Origin: Thalia democratica
Taxonomy: Eukaryota
DNA: 64,000 bases
Assembly: GCA_965202585.1 (NCBI GenBank)
Contig: OZ241832.1
Location: 31,868,001 to 31,932,000, forward strand
Direction: 5' to 3'
The notes below the pieces were generated by a model that searched no databases, was not told the DNA's origin, and saw nothing but the letters and a program-made list of their open reading frames with translations. Positions 10,047 to 22,034 of this stretch are shown piece by piece; the stretch's first letter is position 1; every line of letters begins with the position of its first letter. The position numbers and the translations under genes were made by a program.

Positions 10047-13000
10047 ATGAAAGTGAAAACAAAAGACATAAAGATTTCGAACATAGAATCTAAATTTGAA
10101 AAAATGCCGATAAAAGACGCTAGAAATGCTGCTGCCGTTAAAGATTTTTATGCTGCCAAAGAGGCAATGAAGGATTCTGCTGCTGCCAGAAACGCAATGA
10201 AGGATTCTGTTGTTGCTAGAAATGCAATGAAGGATTCTGCTGCTGCCAGAAATGCAATGAAGGATTCTGCTGTTGCCAGAAATGCAATGAAGGATTCTGC
10301 TGTTGCCAGAGACGCAATAAAGGATTCTGTTGTTGCCAGAAATGCAATGAAGGATTCTGCTGCTGCCAGAAATGCAATGAAGGATTCTGCTGTTGCCAGA
10401 AACGCACTGAAGGATTCTGCTGCTGCCAGAAACGCAATGAAGGATTCTGCTGTTGCCAGAAATGCAATGAAGGATTCTGCTGTTGCCAGAAACGCACTGA
10501 AGGATTCTGCTGCTGCCAGAAACGCAATGAAGGATTCTGCTGTCGCCAGAAACGCAATGAAGGATTCTGCTGCTGCCAGAAATGCAATGAAGGATTCTGC
10601 TGTTGCCAGAAATGCAATGAAGGATTCTGCTGTTGCCAGAAATGCAATGAAGGATTCTGCTGTTGCCAGAAACGCAATGAAGGATTCTGCTGCTGCCAGA
10701 AATGCAATGAAGGATTCTGCTGTTGCCAGAAACGCAATGAAGGATTCTGCTGTTGCCAGAAACGCAATGAAGGATTCTGCTGTTGCCAGAAACGCAATGA
10801 AGGATTCTGTTGTTGCCAGAAACGCAATGAAGGATTCTGCTGTTGCCAGAAACGCGATGAAGGATTCTGCTGCTGCCAGAAATGCAATGAAGGATTCTGT
10901 TGTTGCCAGAAACGCAATGAAGGATTCTGCTGTTGCCAGAAACGCGATGAAGGATTCTGCTGCTGCCAGAAATGCAATGAAGGATTCTGCTGTTGCCAGA
11001 AATGCAATGAAGGATTCTGCTGTTGCCAGAAATGCAATGAAGGATTCTGCTGTTGCCAGAAACGCAATGAAGGATTCTGCTGCTGCCAGAAACGCAATGA
11101 AGGACTCTGCTGCTGCTAGAGACGCAATGAAGGATTCTGCTGTTGCCAGAGACGCAATGAAGGATTCTGCTGTTGCCAGAAATGCAATGAAGGATTCTGC
11201 TGCTGCCAGAAATGCAATGAAGGATTCTGCTGTTGCCAGAAACGCAATGAAGGATTCTGCTGTTGCCAGAAACGCACTGAAGGATTCTGCTGCTGCCAGA
11301 AATGCAATGAAGGATTCTGCTGCTGCCAGAAATGCAATGAAGGATTCTGCTGTTGCCAGAAATGCAATGAAGGATTCTGCTGTTGCCAGAAATGCAATGA
11401 AGGATTCTGCTGCTTCCAGAAACGCAATGAAGGATTCTGCTGTTGCCAGAAACGCAATGAAGGATTCTGCTGTTGCCAGAAACGCAATGAAGGATTCTGT
11501 TGTTGCCAGAAACGCAATGAAGGATTCTGCTGTTGCCAGAAACGCAATGAAGGATTCTGTTGTTGCCAGAAACGCAATGAAGGATTCTGCTGTTGCCAGA
11601 AACGCGATGAAGGATTCTGCTGCTGCTAGAGACGCAATGAAGGATTCTGCTGTTGCCAGAAATGCAATGAAGGATTCTGCTGTTGCCAGAAACGCAATGA
11701 AGGATTCTGTTGTTGCCAGAAATGCAATGAAGGATTCTGCTGTTGCCAGAAACGCAATGAAGGATTCTGTTGTTGCCAGAAACGCAATGAAGGATTCTGC
11801 TGTTGCCAGAAACGCAATGAAGGATTCTGTTGTTGCCAGAAACGCAATGAAGGATTCTGCTGTTGCCAGAAACGCAATGAAGGATTCTGTTGTTGCCAGA
11901 AACGCAATGAAGGATTCTGCTGTTGCCAGAAACGCGATGAAGGATTCTGCTGCTGCTAGAGACGCAATGAAGGATTCTGCTGTTGCCAGAGACGCAATGA
12001 AGGATTCTGCTGTTGCCAGAAATGCAATGAAGGATTCTGCTGCTGCCAGAAATGCAATGAAGGATTCTGCTGTTGCCAGAAACGCAATGAAGGATTCTGC
12101 TGTTGCCAGAAACGCACTGAAGGATTCTGCTGCTGCCAGAAATGCAATGAAGGATTCTGCTGCTGCTAGAGACGCAATGAAGGATTCTGCTGTTGCCAGA
12201 GACGCAATGAAGGATTCTGCTGTTGCCAGAAATGCAATGAAGGATTCTGCTGCTGCCAGAAATGCAATGAAGGATTCTGCTGTTGCCAGAAACGCAATGA
12301 AGGATTCTGCTGTTGCCAGAAACGCACTGAAGGATTCTGCTGCTGCCAGAAATGCAATGAAGGATTCTGCTGCTGCCAGAAATGCAATGAAGGATTCTGC
12401 TGTTGCCAGAAATGCAATGAAGGATTCTGCTGTTGCCAGAAATGCAATGAAGGATTCTGCTGCTTCCAGAAACGCAATGAAGGATTCTGCTGTTGCCAGA
12501 AACGCAATGAAGGATTCTGTTGTTGCCAGAAACGCACTGAAGGATTCTGCTGTTGCCAGAAATGCAATGAAGGATTCTGCTGCTGCTAGAGACGCAATGA
12601 AGGATTCTGCTGTTGCCAGAGACGCAATGAAGGATTCTGCTGTTGCCAGAAATGCAATGAAGGATTCTGCTGCTGCCAGAAATGCAATGAAGGATTCTGC
12701 TGTTGCCAGAAACGCAATGAAGGATTCTGCTGTTGCCAGAAACGCACTGAAGGATTCTGCTGCTGCCAGAAATGCAATGAAGGACTCTGCTGCTGCTAGA
12801 GACGCAATGAAGGATTCTGCTGTTGCCAGAGACGCAATGAAGGATTCTGCTGTTGCCAGAAATGCAATGAAGGATTCTGCTGCTGCCAGAAATGCAATGA
12901 AGGATTCTGCTGTTGCCAGAAACGCAATGAAGGATTCTGCTGTTGCCAGAAACGCACTGAAGGATTCTGCTGCTGCCAGAAATGCAATGAAGGATTCTGC

Positions 13001-13727
13001 TGCTGCCAGAAATGCAATGAAGGATTCTGCTGTTGCCAGAAATGCAATGAAGGATTCTGCTGTTGCCAGAAATGCAATGAAGGATTCTGCTGCTTCCAGA
13101 AACGCAATGAAGGATTCTGCTGTTGCCAGAAACGCAATGAAGGATTCTGCTGTTGCCAGAAACGCAATGAAGGATTCTGTTGTTGCCAGAAACGCAATGA
13201 AGGATTCTGCTGTTGCCAGAAACGCAATGAAGGATTCTGTTGTTGCCAGAAACGCAATGAAGGATTCTGCTGTTGCCAGAAACGCGATGAAGGATTCTGC
13301 TGCTGCTAGAGACGCAATGAAGGATTCTGCTGTTGCCAGAAATGCAATGAAGGATTCTGCTGTTGCCAGAAACGCAATGAAGGATTCTGCTGTTGCCAGA
13401 AATGCAATGAAGGATTCTGCTGTTGCCAGAAACGCAATGAAGGATTCTGTTGTTGCCAGAAACGCAATGAAGGATTCTGCTGTCGCCAGAAACGCAATGA
13501 AGGATTCTGCTGCTGCTGCCAGAAATGCAATGAAGGATTCTGCTGTTGCCAGAAACGCGATGAAGGATTCTGCTGCTGCTAGAGACGCAATGAAGGATTC
13601 TGCTGTTGCCAGAAATGCAATGAAGGATTCTGCTGTTGCCAGAAATGCAATGAAGGATTCTGCTTCTGCCAGAAACGCAATGAAGGATTCTGCTGCTGCC
13701 AGAAATGCAATGAAGGATAGAAAATAA
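10047..13727 (+). CDS. Repeat-tail ORF of paralog A (1226 aa, ~118 x AMKDSA[V/A]ARN), in frame with 9186-10043 after one TAA
   Basis: Same frame as the upstream ORF; MKVKTKDIKISNIE is contiguous with the body in paralog B; 3'-flank homology with B starts after 13727. Confidence 0.65.
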   Translation: MKVKTKDIKISNIESKFEKMPIKDARNAAAVKDFYAAKEAMKDSAAARNAMKDSVVARNAMKDSAAARNAMKDSAVARNAMKDSAVARDAIKDSVVARNAMKDSAAARNAMKDSAVARNALKDSAAARNAMKDSAVARNAMKDSAVARNALKDSAAARNAMKDSAVARNAMKDSAAARNAMKDSAVARNAMKDSAVARNAMKDSAVARNAMKDSAAARNAMKDSAVARNAMKDSAVARNAMKDSAVARNAMKDSVVARNAMKDSAVARNAMKDSAAARNAMKDSVVARNAMKDSAVARNAMKDSAAARNAMKDSAVARNAMKDSAVARNAMKDSAVARNAMKDSAAARNAMKDSAAARDAMKDSAVARDAMKDSAVARNAMKDSAAARNAMKDSAVARNAMKDSAVARNALKDSAAARNAMKDSAAARNAMKDSAVARNAMKDSAVARNAMKDSAASRNAMKDSAVARNAMKDSAVARNAMKDSVVARNAMKDSAVARNAMKDSVVARNAMKDSAVARNAMKDSAAARDAMKDSAVARNAMKDSAVARNAMKDSVVARNAMKDSAVARNAMKDSVVARNAMKDSAVARNAMKDSVVARNAMKDSAVARNAMKDSVVARNAMKDSAVARNAMKDSAAARDAMKDSAVARDAMKDSAVARNAMKDSAAARNAMKDSAVARNAMKDSAVARNALKDSAAARNAMKDSAAARDAMKDSAVARDAMKDSAVARNAMKDSAAARNAMKDSAVARNAMKDSAVARNALKDSAAARNAMKDSAAARNAMKDSAVARNAMKDSAVARNAMKDSAASRNAMKDSAVARNAMKDSVVARNALKDSAVARNAMKDSAAARDAMKDSAVARDAMKDSAVARNAMKDSAAARNAMKDSAVARNAMKDSAVARNALKDSAAARNAMKDSAAARDAMKDSAVARDAMKDSAVARNAMKDSAAARNAMKDSAVARNAMKDSAVARNALKDSAAARNAMKDSAAARNAMKDSAVARNAMKDSAVARNAMKDSAASRNAMKDSAVARNAMKDSAVARNAMKDSVVARNAMKDSAVARNAMKDSVVARNAMKDSAVARNAMKDSAAARDAMKDSAVARNAMKDSAVARNAMKDSAVARNAMKDSAVARNAMKDSVVARNAMKDSAVARNAMKDSAAAARNAMKDSAVARNAMKDSAAARDAMKDSAVARNAMKDSAVARNAMKDSASARNAMKDSAAARNAMKDRK
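10164..13718 (+). repeat. Coding minisatellite, 30-bp unit gcaatgaaggattctgctgttgccagaaac, ~118 copies with higher-order structure
   Basis: Strict 30-bp register; the only indel is an in-frame 3-bp gct insertion near 13510. Confidence 0.98.
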
Positions 13728-14078
13728 TAAACATATATGTTCAACTAAATAAAAATTAAGATTATTGTGTGAAATAAATTGTTAATAACCGACAAAGTGG
13801 TGAATTGAGTTACGTTACAAAACTTAAATTTATTACTAGCTTAAAAACAAAATTTTACTAAATTTAACGCATTGTGTTTAACTAAAATAATTAAATTTAA
13901 TACTTTTTGTGTGAAGTTTTTTCACGTGAAATACAACCAAATGTCCGACGTAAAATTATATCTTAAACGCAGTATCAGTTTAGCAAGAATTACTTTTGCA
14001 CAGAATGTCTTACCTTTGGTACTCATGCTTACAGTATACATTAATTTTCAGTTTATGTGCAATCCTTAAAATTTAATA

Positions 14079-14322
14079 CATGGGTCACCAGGTATTTGGT
14101 GGTTGCAAAAATTTTCAGAAAATATAATTTTTGTAGGACGCAGTTACACTTCTTAATTTTCATAACAGGTCCAAAATCTTTAATGTAAGTTTTGGATACC
14201 CTGTAAGTTATACTTAAGACTTTCATTTAAAATTTTTTTTAGAACCTCAGAATATGTAGTGTGATTTTTAAAAATTATTTGCCAAATTTGTATTTTCACG
14301 GCCCGCAGTTTACCGACCCCTG
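14079..14322. mobile_element. Degenerate hAT MITE
   Basis: Ends catgggtcacca / accgacccctg; flanks atttaata / gtttgata (6/8); ggcccgcag subterminal motif. Confidence 0.5.
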
Positions 14323-17016
14323 GTTTGATATATAATCAAAGTATTTCTACTTCATGAATTAAACATTTAAAAATTAAAAGTGTTTTTACCTTAAAATAAA
14401 AACTTTTCTTTATCTTGTTTTTAACTGCATTCCCCTGACTCTTATAACTTACTACTTTTTACTGTTGGCGTCTTGTTCGCAACATACTATTTATAATCAA
14501 TTGGTTTTAGACTATAATTACTTATTCTAATTTTCGATGGATTGGTTGGATATTAGTTTAAAATTTTTTTCTGTGAAAACAACTGCTAAAATAAAAAGAA
14601 TGCAAAAAATAAACTCGTGAGGTACGCTTCTCTAAGGTTGATTTATTGTAAATTGGTGAAACTTTGATTTTCTGAAGGTAGCTTTAAAGGTATTGGGTAA
14701 ACACAAGGGCTACTTTGTTAAGTATTGTTTTGTAAATAATTTAGTTTTTTGATAGTTATATAAGTATCATTTCTGGTACTGCAAAACATCAAAAGTATTT
14801 TGTTTAAAAACCTGCATAAAACTTTAAAGAAAAATAAGGTAAGGTTGAAAATGTTTTTGTTTTACCAACACTATATACAACATCAGCCAAAACATTTCAT
14901 ATTGAAAATCCATTAAATTATTTAAGTCAACTTAGTATTAGAACAGAAAGTTATTGTAAAAAACAAGAAAAAAAACTTTTATTTGATATACTTAGCGTAC
15001 TGTTTATTTATTTAACACTAAATTTGGAAACAAAGATTCGTAAGGTATATATATTATTTATCATTAACTAATTTGATATTAAGTCGTTTTTCAAAAAAAA
15101 AATAATTCGACTTAAAAAAATGTTTACAAAATATCCGTTGCTTTACTTACATTTTGAAAGTAGACTTTAAAAAAACATATAAGTTATAAGTACTTATTAC
15201 TCTGTATGCCTATTAAATTTGACTACTTTTACTATATGCCTAACTGACTTAGTATTTAAGTAGTTTTAAAAAAGCAACTATGAAATTGACTAGATAAAGT
15301 CATGATGCACTTTCAAACCACAATAATTTATAAAACCTTAAAATTAAGCTTCAAAGTTTACTGGTTGTTTGACAACAGTTAAGATTCACAAGAAATGGAT
15401 CATACTAATTTTGAAAGTAGGATAAAGCCATTGACAACTGGTGAGGCAGTATTATGGCGTAAAAAAAGTTTTTTATCTATATTTAACAACACTTAATTTA
15501 AATAAGTTGAGATTGAATTTGCAAAACAAATAAGTTAATAGAGAAACACCAAAATATATCAGATAAGTGTATCTATTTATTTTACGTTGCCTTGCGAACT
15601 TATTCGTAACTAATCTAGAAATTTGTTTAATTAAAAAATAAAAACTAAGTTAACTTAATTTAAAAGTTCTACATCTATGTTTTTTTTCAAGTTTGATAAT
15701 CATAAAAATTAAATTGATGAAAATGAACAACTGTCAAAAAATTTGAAAGTAGTATTCAAAAATGCTCGTATAAATATGAAATATGTCATTTAAATTAGTT
15801 TAAACTGTTTTGATTTCAAACTCTCTGTTTGGTCTTATAAAGTATTGATTGAACATTCGATTAAAACAGGATTTTTGCTTGTTTGTAGAAATAAACACCT
15901 TGTTCTACTTGATGACCTTAAAGTCTTCAAATCATGAATACAGTAAGATACATATATACTTCTGTTGACTGTACAAAATGCAAAATTTTAAATGTCGATA
16001 GTAGCAAGTTCATTTTCAAAAGTATTTATTTTTATCAGTTATATCTTATATGAAATTTCAAAAACAAATAATGTTTTATTTCTTCATGTAAAGTTCGTAG
16101 CTTTAAAAATAATTGATTATGTATCATTTTTTATAGCATTTAAATATCTTATTGATACTAGTTCTTGTATTTTTAAAAGCTTACTACTTTTATTATCAAC
16201 TTTAACTACAATAGCTATATAAGCTTTTTAAATTTTTGAAACTGTCATATCAACAAACTTGGTGTTAAACATTTAATTTTGTATTGATAATAAAGTATAT
16301 AAAGTTATTGACTTTATAAAAATTAAAATTATTTTAGATAAAATAGTATTAATTTTTACCAGCATATTAAACAAAAGAGTCCTATGATTAAAAAAAAAAT
16401 TATGTAAAATACTTATACACTAGTTGTTGTATCATGTTATGAAACTAAAAACTTCATGAACAGTATTAAATTTAACGACATACCGAGAACAACAAAAGAC
16501 AAATTTAAATAATGATTTATTGGGATAGTTTTAAAAATTTATCGACAAAATGTTTTACACAATACACTTTACTAAAAAAGTAACACGACAGCTTCATTAA
16601 GTGTAACAATTTTTAATGATTTATTATAAAATTAGCTTAGGAAAAATATTGTTTCAAACTGTTAACTAAATTTAGCTTTTAAAATTAGCGGAGCCATAAA
16701 TAAAATGCTGAAGATTAATGCATGTTAGAAATAAAAATATTCTGATCAATTTTTACGTTGTTAGACTTTATAACATAAAAGAAACTTAAAATTAAAATAA
16801 GAAATTCAATTTTGAGCAGAGTGATATTTTAAACAGCTTTTATAGTAAATAAAACCAGAAATAAAAAAAAAGTCAAAATTTGATTAACTAACCACGAATT
16901 TCAAAAACTAGCATGTAACTTATTTTTACAAAAATCAAAGGGTTGATTAAACTATATGTAAAGTTTTCTAAAATTAAACCAATATCTAAAGTGTAAGACT
17001 TCTCAACACCTTCTAA

Positions 17017-17150
17017 CTACTTGAGCATCTCGTTGAAGCTCCTCCCGATGAGCCACCTCCTCACTTCGCTCGTCCCCGCTCCTATCTCGTACAACTTGGC
17101 GTCTCGCAGGAACCTTCCCGTCGGGTAGTCGTTGATGTACCCGTTTCCTC
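17017..17150 (-). CDS. IVD: IVD exon 10 (last): [44 protein letters not shown]
   Basis: tttttgcag acceptor; IVD-type GAGTSE motif; TAG at 17017-17019. Confidence 0.97.
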
Positions 17151-17573
17151 CTGCAAAAATATAGTTGAAACTAATGTACTGTAAAACAATACTTCCACTT
17201 GTTAATTTTAATTAATTCGTTGATAACAGTGTTGTACACTACATCGTACATGTTGAAAGACACATCAATATATATTTCTCGCGAAAAACAATATTAATTT
17301 TAAGAAAAATTTTTATCAGTTGTTATATCTGCTTTATCATATAGATAAAAAAAAGTACTCATTAGTTTTAATTGTTAGTCGTTTAAATATTCATTTTCTT
17401 CTGCGAAAATGTATTATATAATATTACTTGTAGTAAAAAACTTCAAAACTTGTTATATTTAGTTAATAGTTAATGATAGTATACTCATTTTCTCCTGCGA
17501 AAAAAAGTATTCAACTACATCAGTGTTACTCCGTTTAGTATAATTGCAGTAAAAATAAATAAAATCAGCAAAC

Positions 17574-17751
17574 CTAATAACTGAATGCCATCTAATGCGA
17601 CTTGTGTAGCTGATTCGGCAGCGTACAGTATTATTGCAGCGCAGTCTCTGTTGTTGAACTGTCCCTTATCGCAAGCCCTAGCAACAGTGTACATATAGCT
17701 CCTACATGCGGATAGTTTTGTGAACATGTCCGCCATCTTGCCTTGCAGTAA
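17574..17751 (-). CDS. IVD: IVD exon 9: [60 protein letters not shown]
   Basis: aacag acceptor, G|gtttgc donor, phase 0 to 1; matches the IVD C-terminal helices. Confidence 0.97.
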
Positions 17752-17948
17752 CTGTTTTGTTTGTTTGTTATTTATGATGTTATTTCTTAGTTGTGTTTAT
17801 TTTAATTATCATTTAAAAAAAAAAAACAGCTGATTTTACTTAAAAAAAAGTTTTGCCTTGCAGTAACTGTTATGTATTAATGGTTTATCACATTATATTA
17901 GTTAGATAGTATTGTTATTGAACAAAAAAAAAAAGCGCTAAAATATTT

Positions 17949-18001
17949 GGTCCAAGGACCTGGTGTACGAAAAAACCTTTCGGTTATCGTGTCATACACC
18001 A
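17949..18001 (-). repeat. Dispersed hairpin repeat, copy 2 (best preserved)
   Basis: Reverse complement TGGTGTATGACACGATAACCGAAAGGTTTTTTCGTACACCAGGTCCTTGGACC. Confidence 0.75.
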
Positions 18002-19165
18002 GGAAACATTTTAAAGTCATGTCCAGGACAATAGATGTGTATTTATAAAAAACAAAGTCTTAATTACATTAAAAAAACTAAGAAAAAGGATTAACAAACA
18101 ATCATCTAGCCTTGTAGTTTCTATTATATGTGTTTGTTTTTTTTTTTGATAAATTTGGGGAGATATAATAATTGTATTATACTTAATTTTTATTCAATTA
18201 GTAGAAAAAAATAAAAATATTGTTAGATGGCATATTTTTATTTGTAACATAGCGAACAAACAGTAAGTATGAAAATAATTTAAGTTTTTATTTGTTGTGT
18301 TTAAACAAACAACTGTTTTAACCTTGCAAAAAAAAATAAAAAGATTAAATTTACAAGCTCTAACAAAATAATGTTCCCTATTTGTACTTATAAAGTTCAC
18401 TGTGATAGTATTTTTGTGGTAATTCAAGATTAATTATTTTTATTTCATAAATAACTAACTACCTTTATTTTACCTTCAGTATCTATTCTACACAATTTTT
18501 GCAGAGTATATATTCCTACTCAGTATAGTAATACAATGGCATGAGTAATTAGGTTAAATGAGTTTGTTATGAGATTAGGAATGTAGATGTAAATGTGTTG
18601 TCTAGTTTGAAATAATATAACATAGCTGAAACTTTAAACAAAATTTATGTGTCATACACTTCGTTTAGAATCACGCTCTTTTTAACGAGATTTATTTTGA
18701 AACATCAATGTAGGTAAAACATACAATTAATTGTAAAACTATTCAAATGTTTTAAAGACGTTTGTTTAAATTAAAAAATAAAATTTTAGTAGATTTTATA
18801 AATTAAGTAGTTAAATAAAAAAACTGAAAAGTAAAAAGTGAATTCATAGTTATTTATAAAACTTGTTGGAAGCTTATGTTTTAACCTCATTGATAAGGGT
18901 ACTTAAAAACATACAATAAAATTAAATAACAATAAAACTTGTGCTTACGTAAGACCAAAATTAATAAAAACAAAATATTCCATAAAAAGTATTTTTATTT
19001 ATAAACATAATAACTTTTTTAAAAACCAATTTTAACAGACAGATAATGGTAAATTTTAAAAACCTGAAGTCAGTCAAACTTTAAAAAAAAGTTTTGAATG
19101 TAATATAATTACCTTAGTTATTACTTTTTAAGCCAAATTTTATTTAAGTAGATATAAAAACAAAC

Positions 19166-19247
19166 TTGGAATTCTCCAATTCTTTTACCGAATTGCTTTC
19201 TCTGATGAACATAAGGAAAAGCACAATCCACCACTGCTTGCATTATA
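19166..19247 (-). CDS. IVD: IVD exon 8: IMQAVVDCAFPYVHQRKQFGKRIGEFQ
   Basis: tttttcaag acceptor, CAA|gtttgt donor, phase 2 to 0; R-x-QFG acyl-CoA dehydrogenase motif. Confidence 0.95.
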
Positions 19248-20287
19248 CTTGAAAAATTGAAGTTTTTATTATTAAATTGATGATATACTATTTTTTTTAT
19301 CTAAATAATTTTTTTACCACTGCTTGCATTTTACTTTAAAAAAAGTATTATTTAATGAATCACTTTCAAGTGATAACATTTTAAAGAGTTACTTATATTT
19401 ATTATTCAAAAAACTTAGATTCAATCATTATTATGGAATCATTCTAAAGTTTGTATATTAAATAAAAAGAATTTAAAAAGTTAGTTGTTAAAATGTTTGT
19501 CAAATAAAAACTATTTAAAACGTCGTCTAATTATTTGTTTTGATAAATTGAGTACTTTTTAGATTGTTGTTGATTATCAAATAGCGTAAAATGTTCAATG
19601 AGTTTTAAAATGAAATGTTTAGCATGATACTTTTAATAAACAGTCACAGCTTTAAATTAAAATTTTTACTTTGCAGGTACGCTTAGATAAATAAAAATTA
19701 ATTGTATTTATTTAAAAATTAAATTGTCAATCATTAACTGGTATATTATTCTAAAAAAGAGAATTTTTGTAATTGCAATTGACAAACAAATAAATAAAGC
19801 ATGCAAACAAAATTAAACTAAAAAGTAATCATTTTCTTCAGCAAAAAAAAATATATATGTGAATAATATAAAGACTGAAGTCATTTTAAAACAAACTCTT
19901 ATCAATGAGAGGAAAAAAAACTTTGGAAGGTAAAAAATTGTAAAGCTCAAAGCTCTAAAACTTTCATTTATTTTAAGAACTTTCTGTAATACTTTCAAAT
20001 ACAACCATGTTTATATTTTTTATTTTAAAACAAACTATCTGTTAAACATTTTTACAGAAATGTTACCAACTCAACATATTATAATTTATTATATTAAAAA
20101 TAATTGTGTTTTAATACTACACATACCCGACATATTAAACTGTACTGTATTAGTATTAATTTGTATAGTAATACTACACATACCCGACATATTATATCTC
20201 ATTATATTGTGTTTTAACTTGTTAATACCTACCCGACATATTCGAACTTATTATATTAATGATATTTTAAATACAAATGCCACCAAC

Positions 20288-20381
20288 CCGACGGGGCCTG
20301 CAGATAAAAGAAGCCTCTCAAGGTCCAGACCACTCATCAAAACGTATACTCCGTCATTGTATGGACCCAAGATGTTCGATT
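20288..20381 (-). CDS. IVD: IVD exon 7c (canonical-type alternative): (E)[31 protein letters not shown]
   Basis: 94 bp, caatatag acceptor, GG|gttggt donor, phase 1 to 2, no stops. Confidence 0.92.
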
Positions 20382-21211
20382 CTATATTGATAATTACAAA
20401 TGTAAAATTATAAAAATTAACTGTTAAATAAATCAGTCTGGTTGTTCACATGTATATACAAACACCAAATAATTTACAAACTTTCATTAAAACAATTTTG
20501 CATTACAGTGGGTTACTTTTATAAAGTTCATCTAATTTAAGGTTAAAATTAATTTTAGGAAAATCTCAATTATATTAAGGAACTAATTGAGATTATATTT
20601 TTGGCCTGATTCAGTAATTGTATTGTATGCATCTATTTTATTTATTTATTTACCTAATAGACTTGTTAGGATTTTGACTACTTAAGAAACTTTGTCAAGT
20701 TTTTTATCACAATGGTTGATCCCAGTATCTTGCTATTGGTAATCAACTGATTTATGTTTCCAGTAATATACATATATTTGTAGCAACTATGTTTACAGCT
20801 TAAAAATTTTCCCATAGAATCAGGAGGTGAAAAATAAAAATAACTGTTGTTTTGAAAATCAATGACTTTAATGGTTTGATTTTCTGATACTACTTAAACT
20901 TGATATCTAAACTTTACCTGTACCTAACATTAAGCAACCTTAGAAAAATTTAAATTAAATATAAAAAAGGAAGTAGAAATTAGCCTAACAGTTTGCATAA
21001 TTTTGAGCATATTTGATAATTACTTATATTATTGCAAGTCATACCTTAAGAATTAAGTCGAGTGCGAAATCTAAAAGTTTCAAATTAAAATTAATATGCC
21101 ATTATTTAAAACGAGCAAACTTAAACTGAACTAGTATGCATGCAATGCATGCGGCAATGAACAACAAATGATGTTTCACCAAAGTTATTTTAATCTATGT
21201 TAAATGTTTAC

Positions 21212-21305
21212 CCGACTGGACCTGCTGCTCCGGCCAATCTTTCCAAATCGAGTCCGGTCATCAAAACGTAAACCCCGTTGCCGAGGCCTCCGAGCACATT
21301 TGAGG
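21212..21305 (-). CDS. IVD: IVD exon 7b (alternative): (A)SNVLGGLGNGVYVLMTGLDLERLAGAAGPVG
   Basis: 94 bp, tcttatag acceptor, GG|gtaaac donor, phase 1 to 2, no stops. Confidence 0.9.
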
Positions 21306-22034
21306 CTATAAGATTGAAATACACTTTAACACATTAATGGTCAGGTCATAACTAGAGTTGCCATTGGCAAGTTTTTTATTAAAAGATGAAAAGAGACACT
21401 AGGCATTCATATAAAACTTTTTGGCCTGTATTGGTAATTGTACGTATACATCATCTTTTGTATTTATTTACCCATTAGACTTGTTAGATTTTGACAACTT
21501 TAGAAACTTTGTCAAGCTTTTTATCATAAAGGTTATTCCCAGTACCTTGCTATTGGTGATCAGTTGGCTTATGATTTTAGTGATACACATACATTTAGTA
21601 AAGACTGTACAACTATGGTTATAGCCTAAAAAATTTCGTAGAACCAGGAGATGAAAAACATCAAGGTTATTTTATTTTATCAAAAAACAATGACTTTAGT
21701 AGTTTGCTTTTCGATACTATCTACACTTGACGTCTAAAACTTTATCTGTATCTAATATTAAGCAACCTAAAGAAACTTAGAAAATTTAAAAACTGACATA
21801 TAAAAAAGGAAGTAGAAATTATCCTAACAGTTCGTATAATTTTGCGAATATATGAAAACTATTAATATCATTGCAAGTAAAACCTTAAAAATTAACTTGA
21901 TTGCGAAAGCTATAAGTATCAAACGAAAATTAATGCGCCAATTATTTAAAAACTTAAACTAAATTAATATGGATGCATTGCACAACAAATTATATTCCAC
22001 CAAGCTAATTGCAAATATATATTTTAATTTTTAC

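Noticed and set aside
10164-13718. CRISPR array or non-coding satellite reading of the 30-bp repeat
   Set aside because: No unique spacers, eukaryotic context, and the array is in frame with a paralog-supported C-terminus
10148-13744. 1198-aa antisense ORF (TAESFIAFLA)n and the FWQQQNPSL ORFs
   Set aside because: Shadow frames of a stop-free repeat unit; no independent start context or paralog support
20060-20413. 117-aa plus-strand ORF
   Set aside because: Its GC-rich part is the antisense of IVD exon 7c; the remainder is a local ~55-bp intronic repeat
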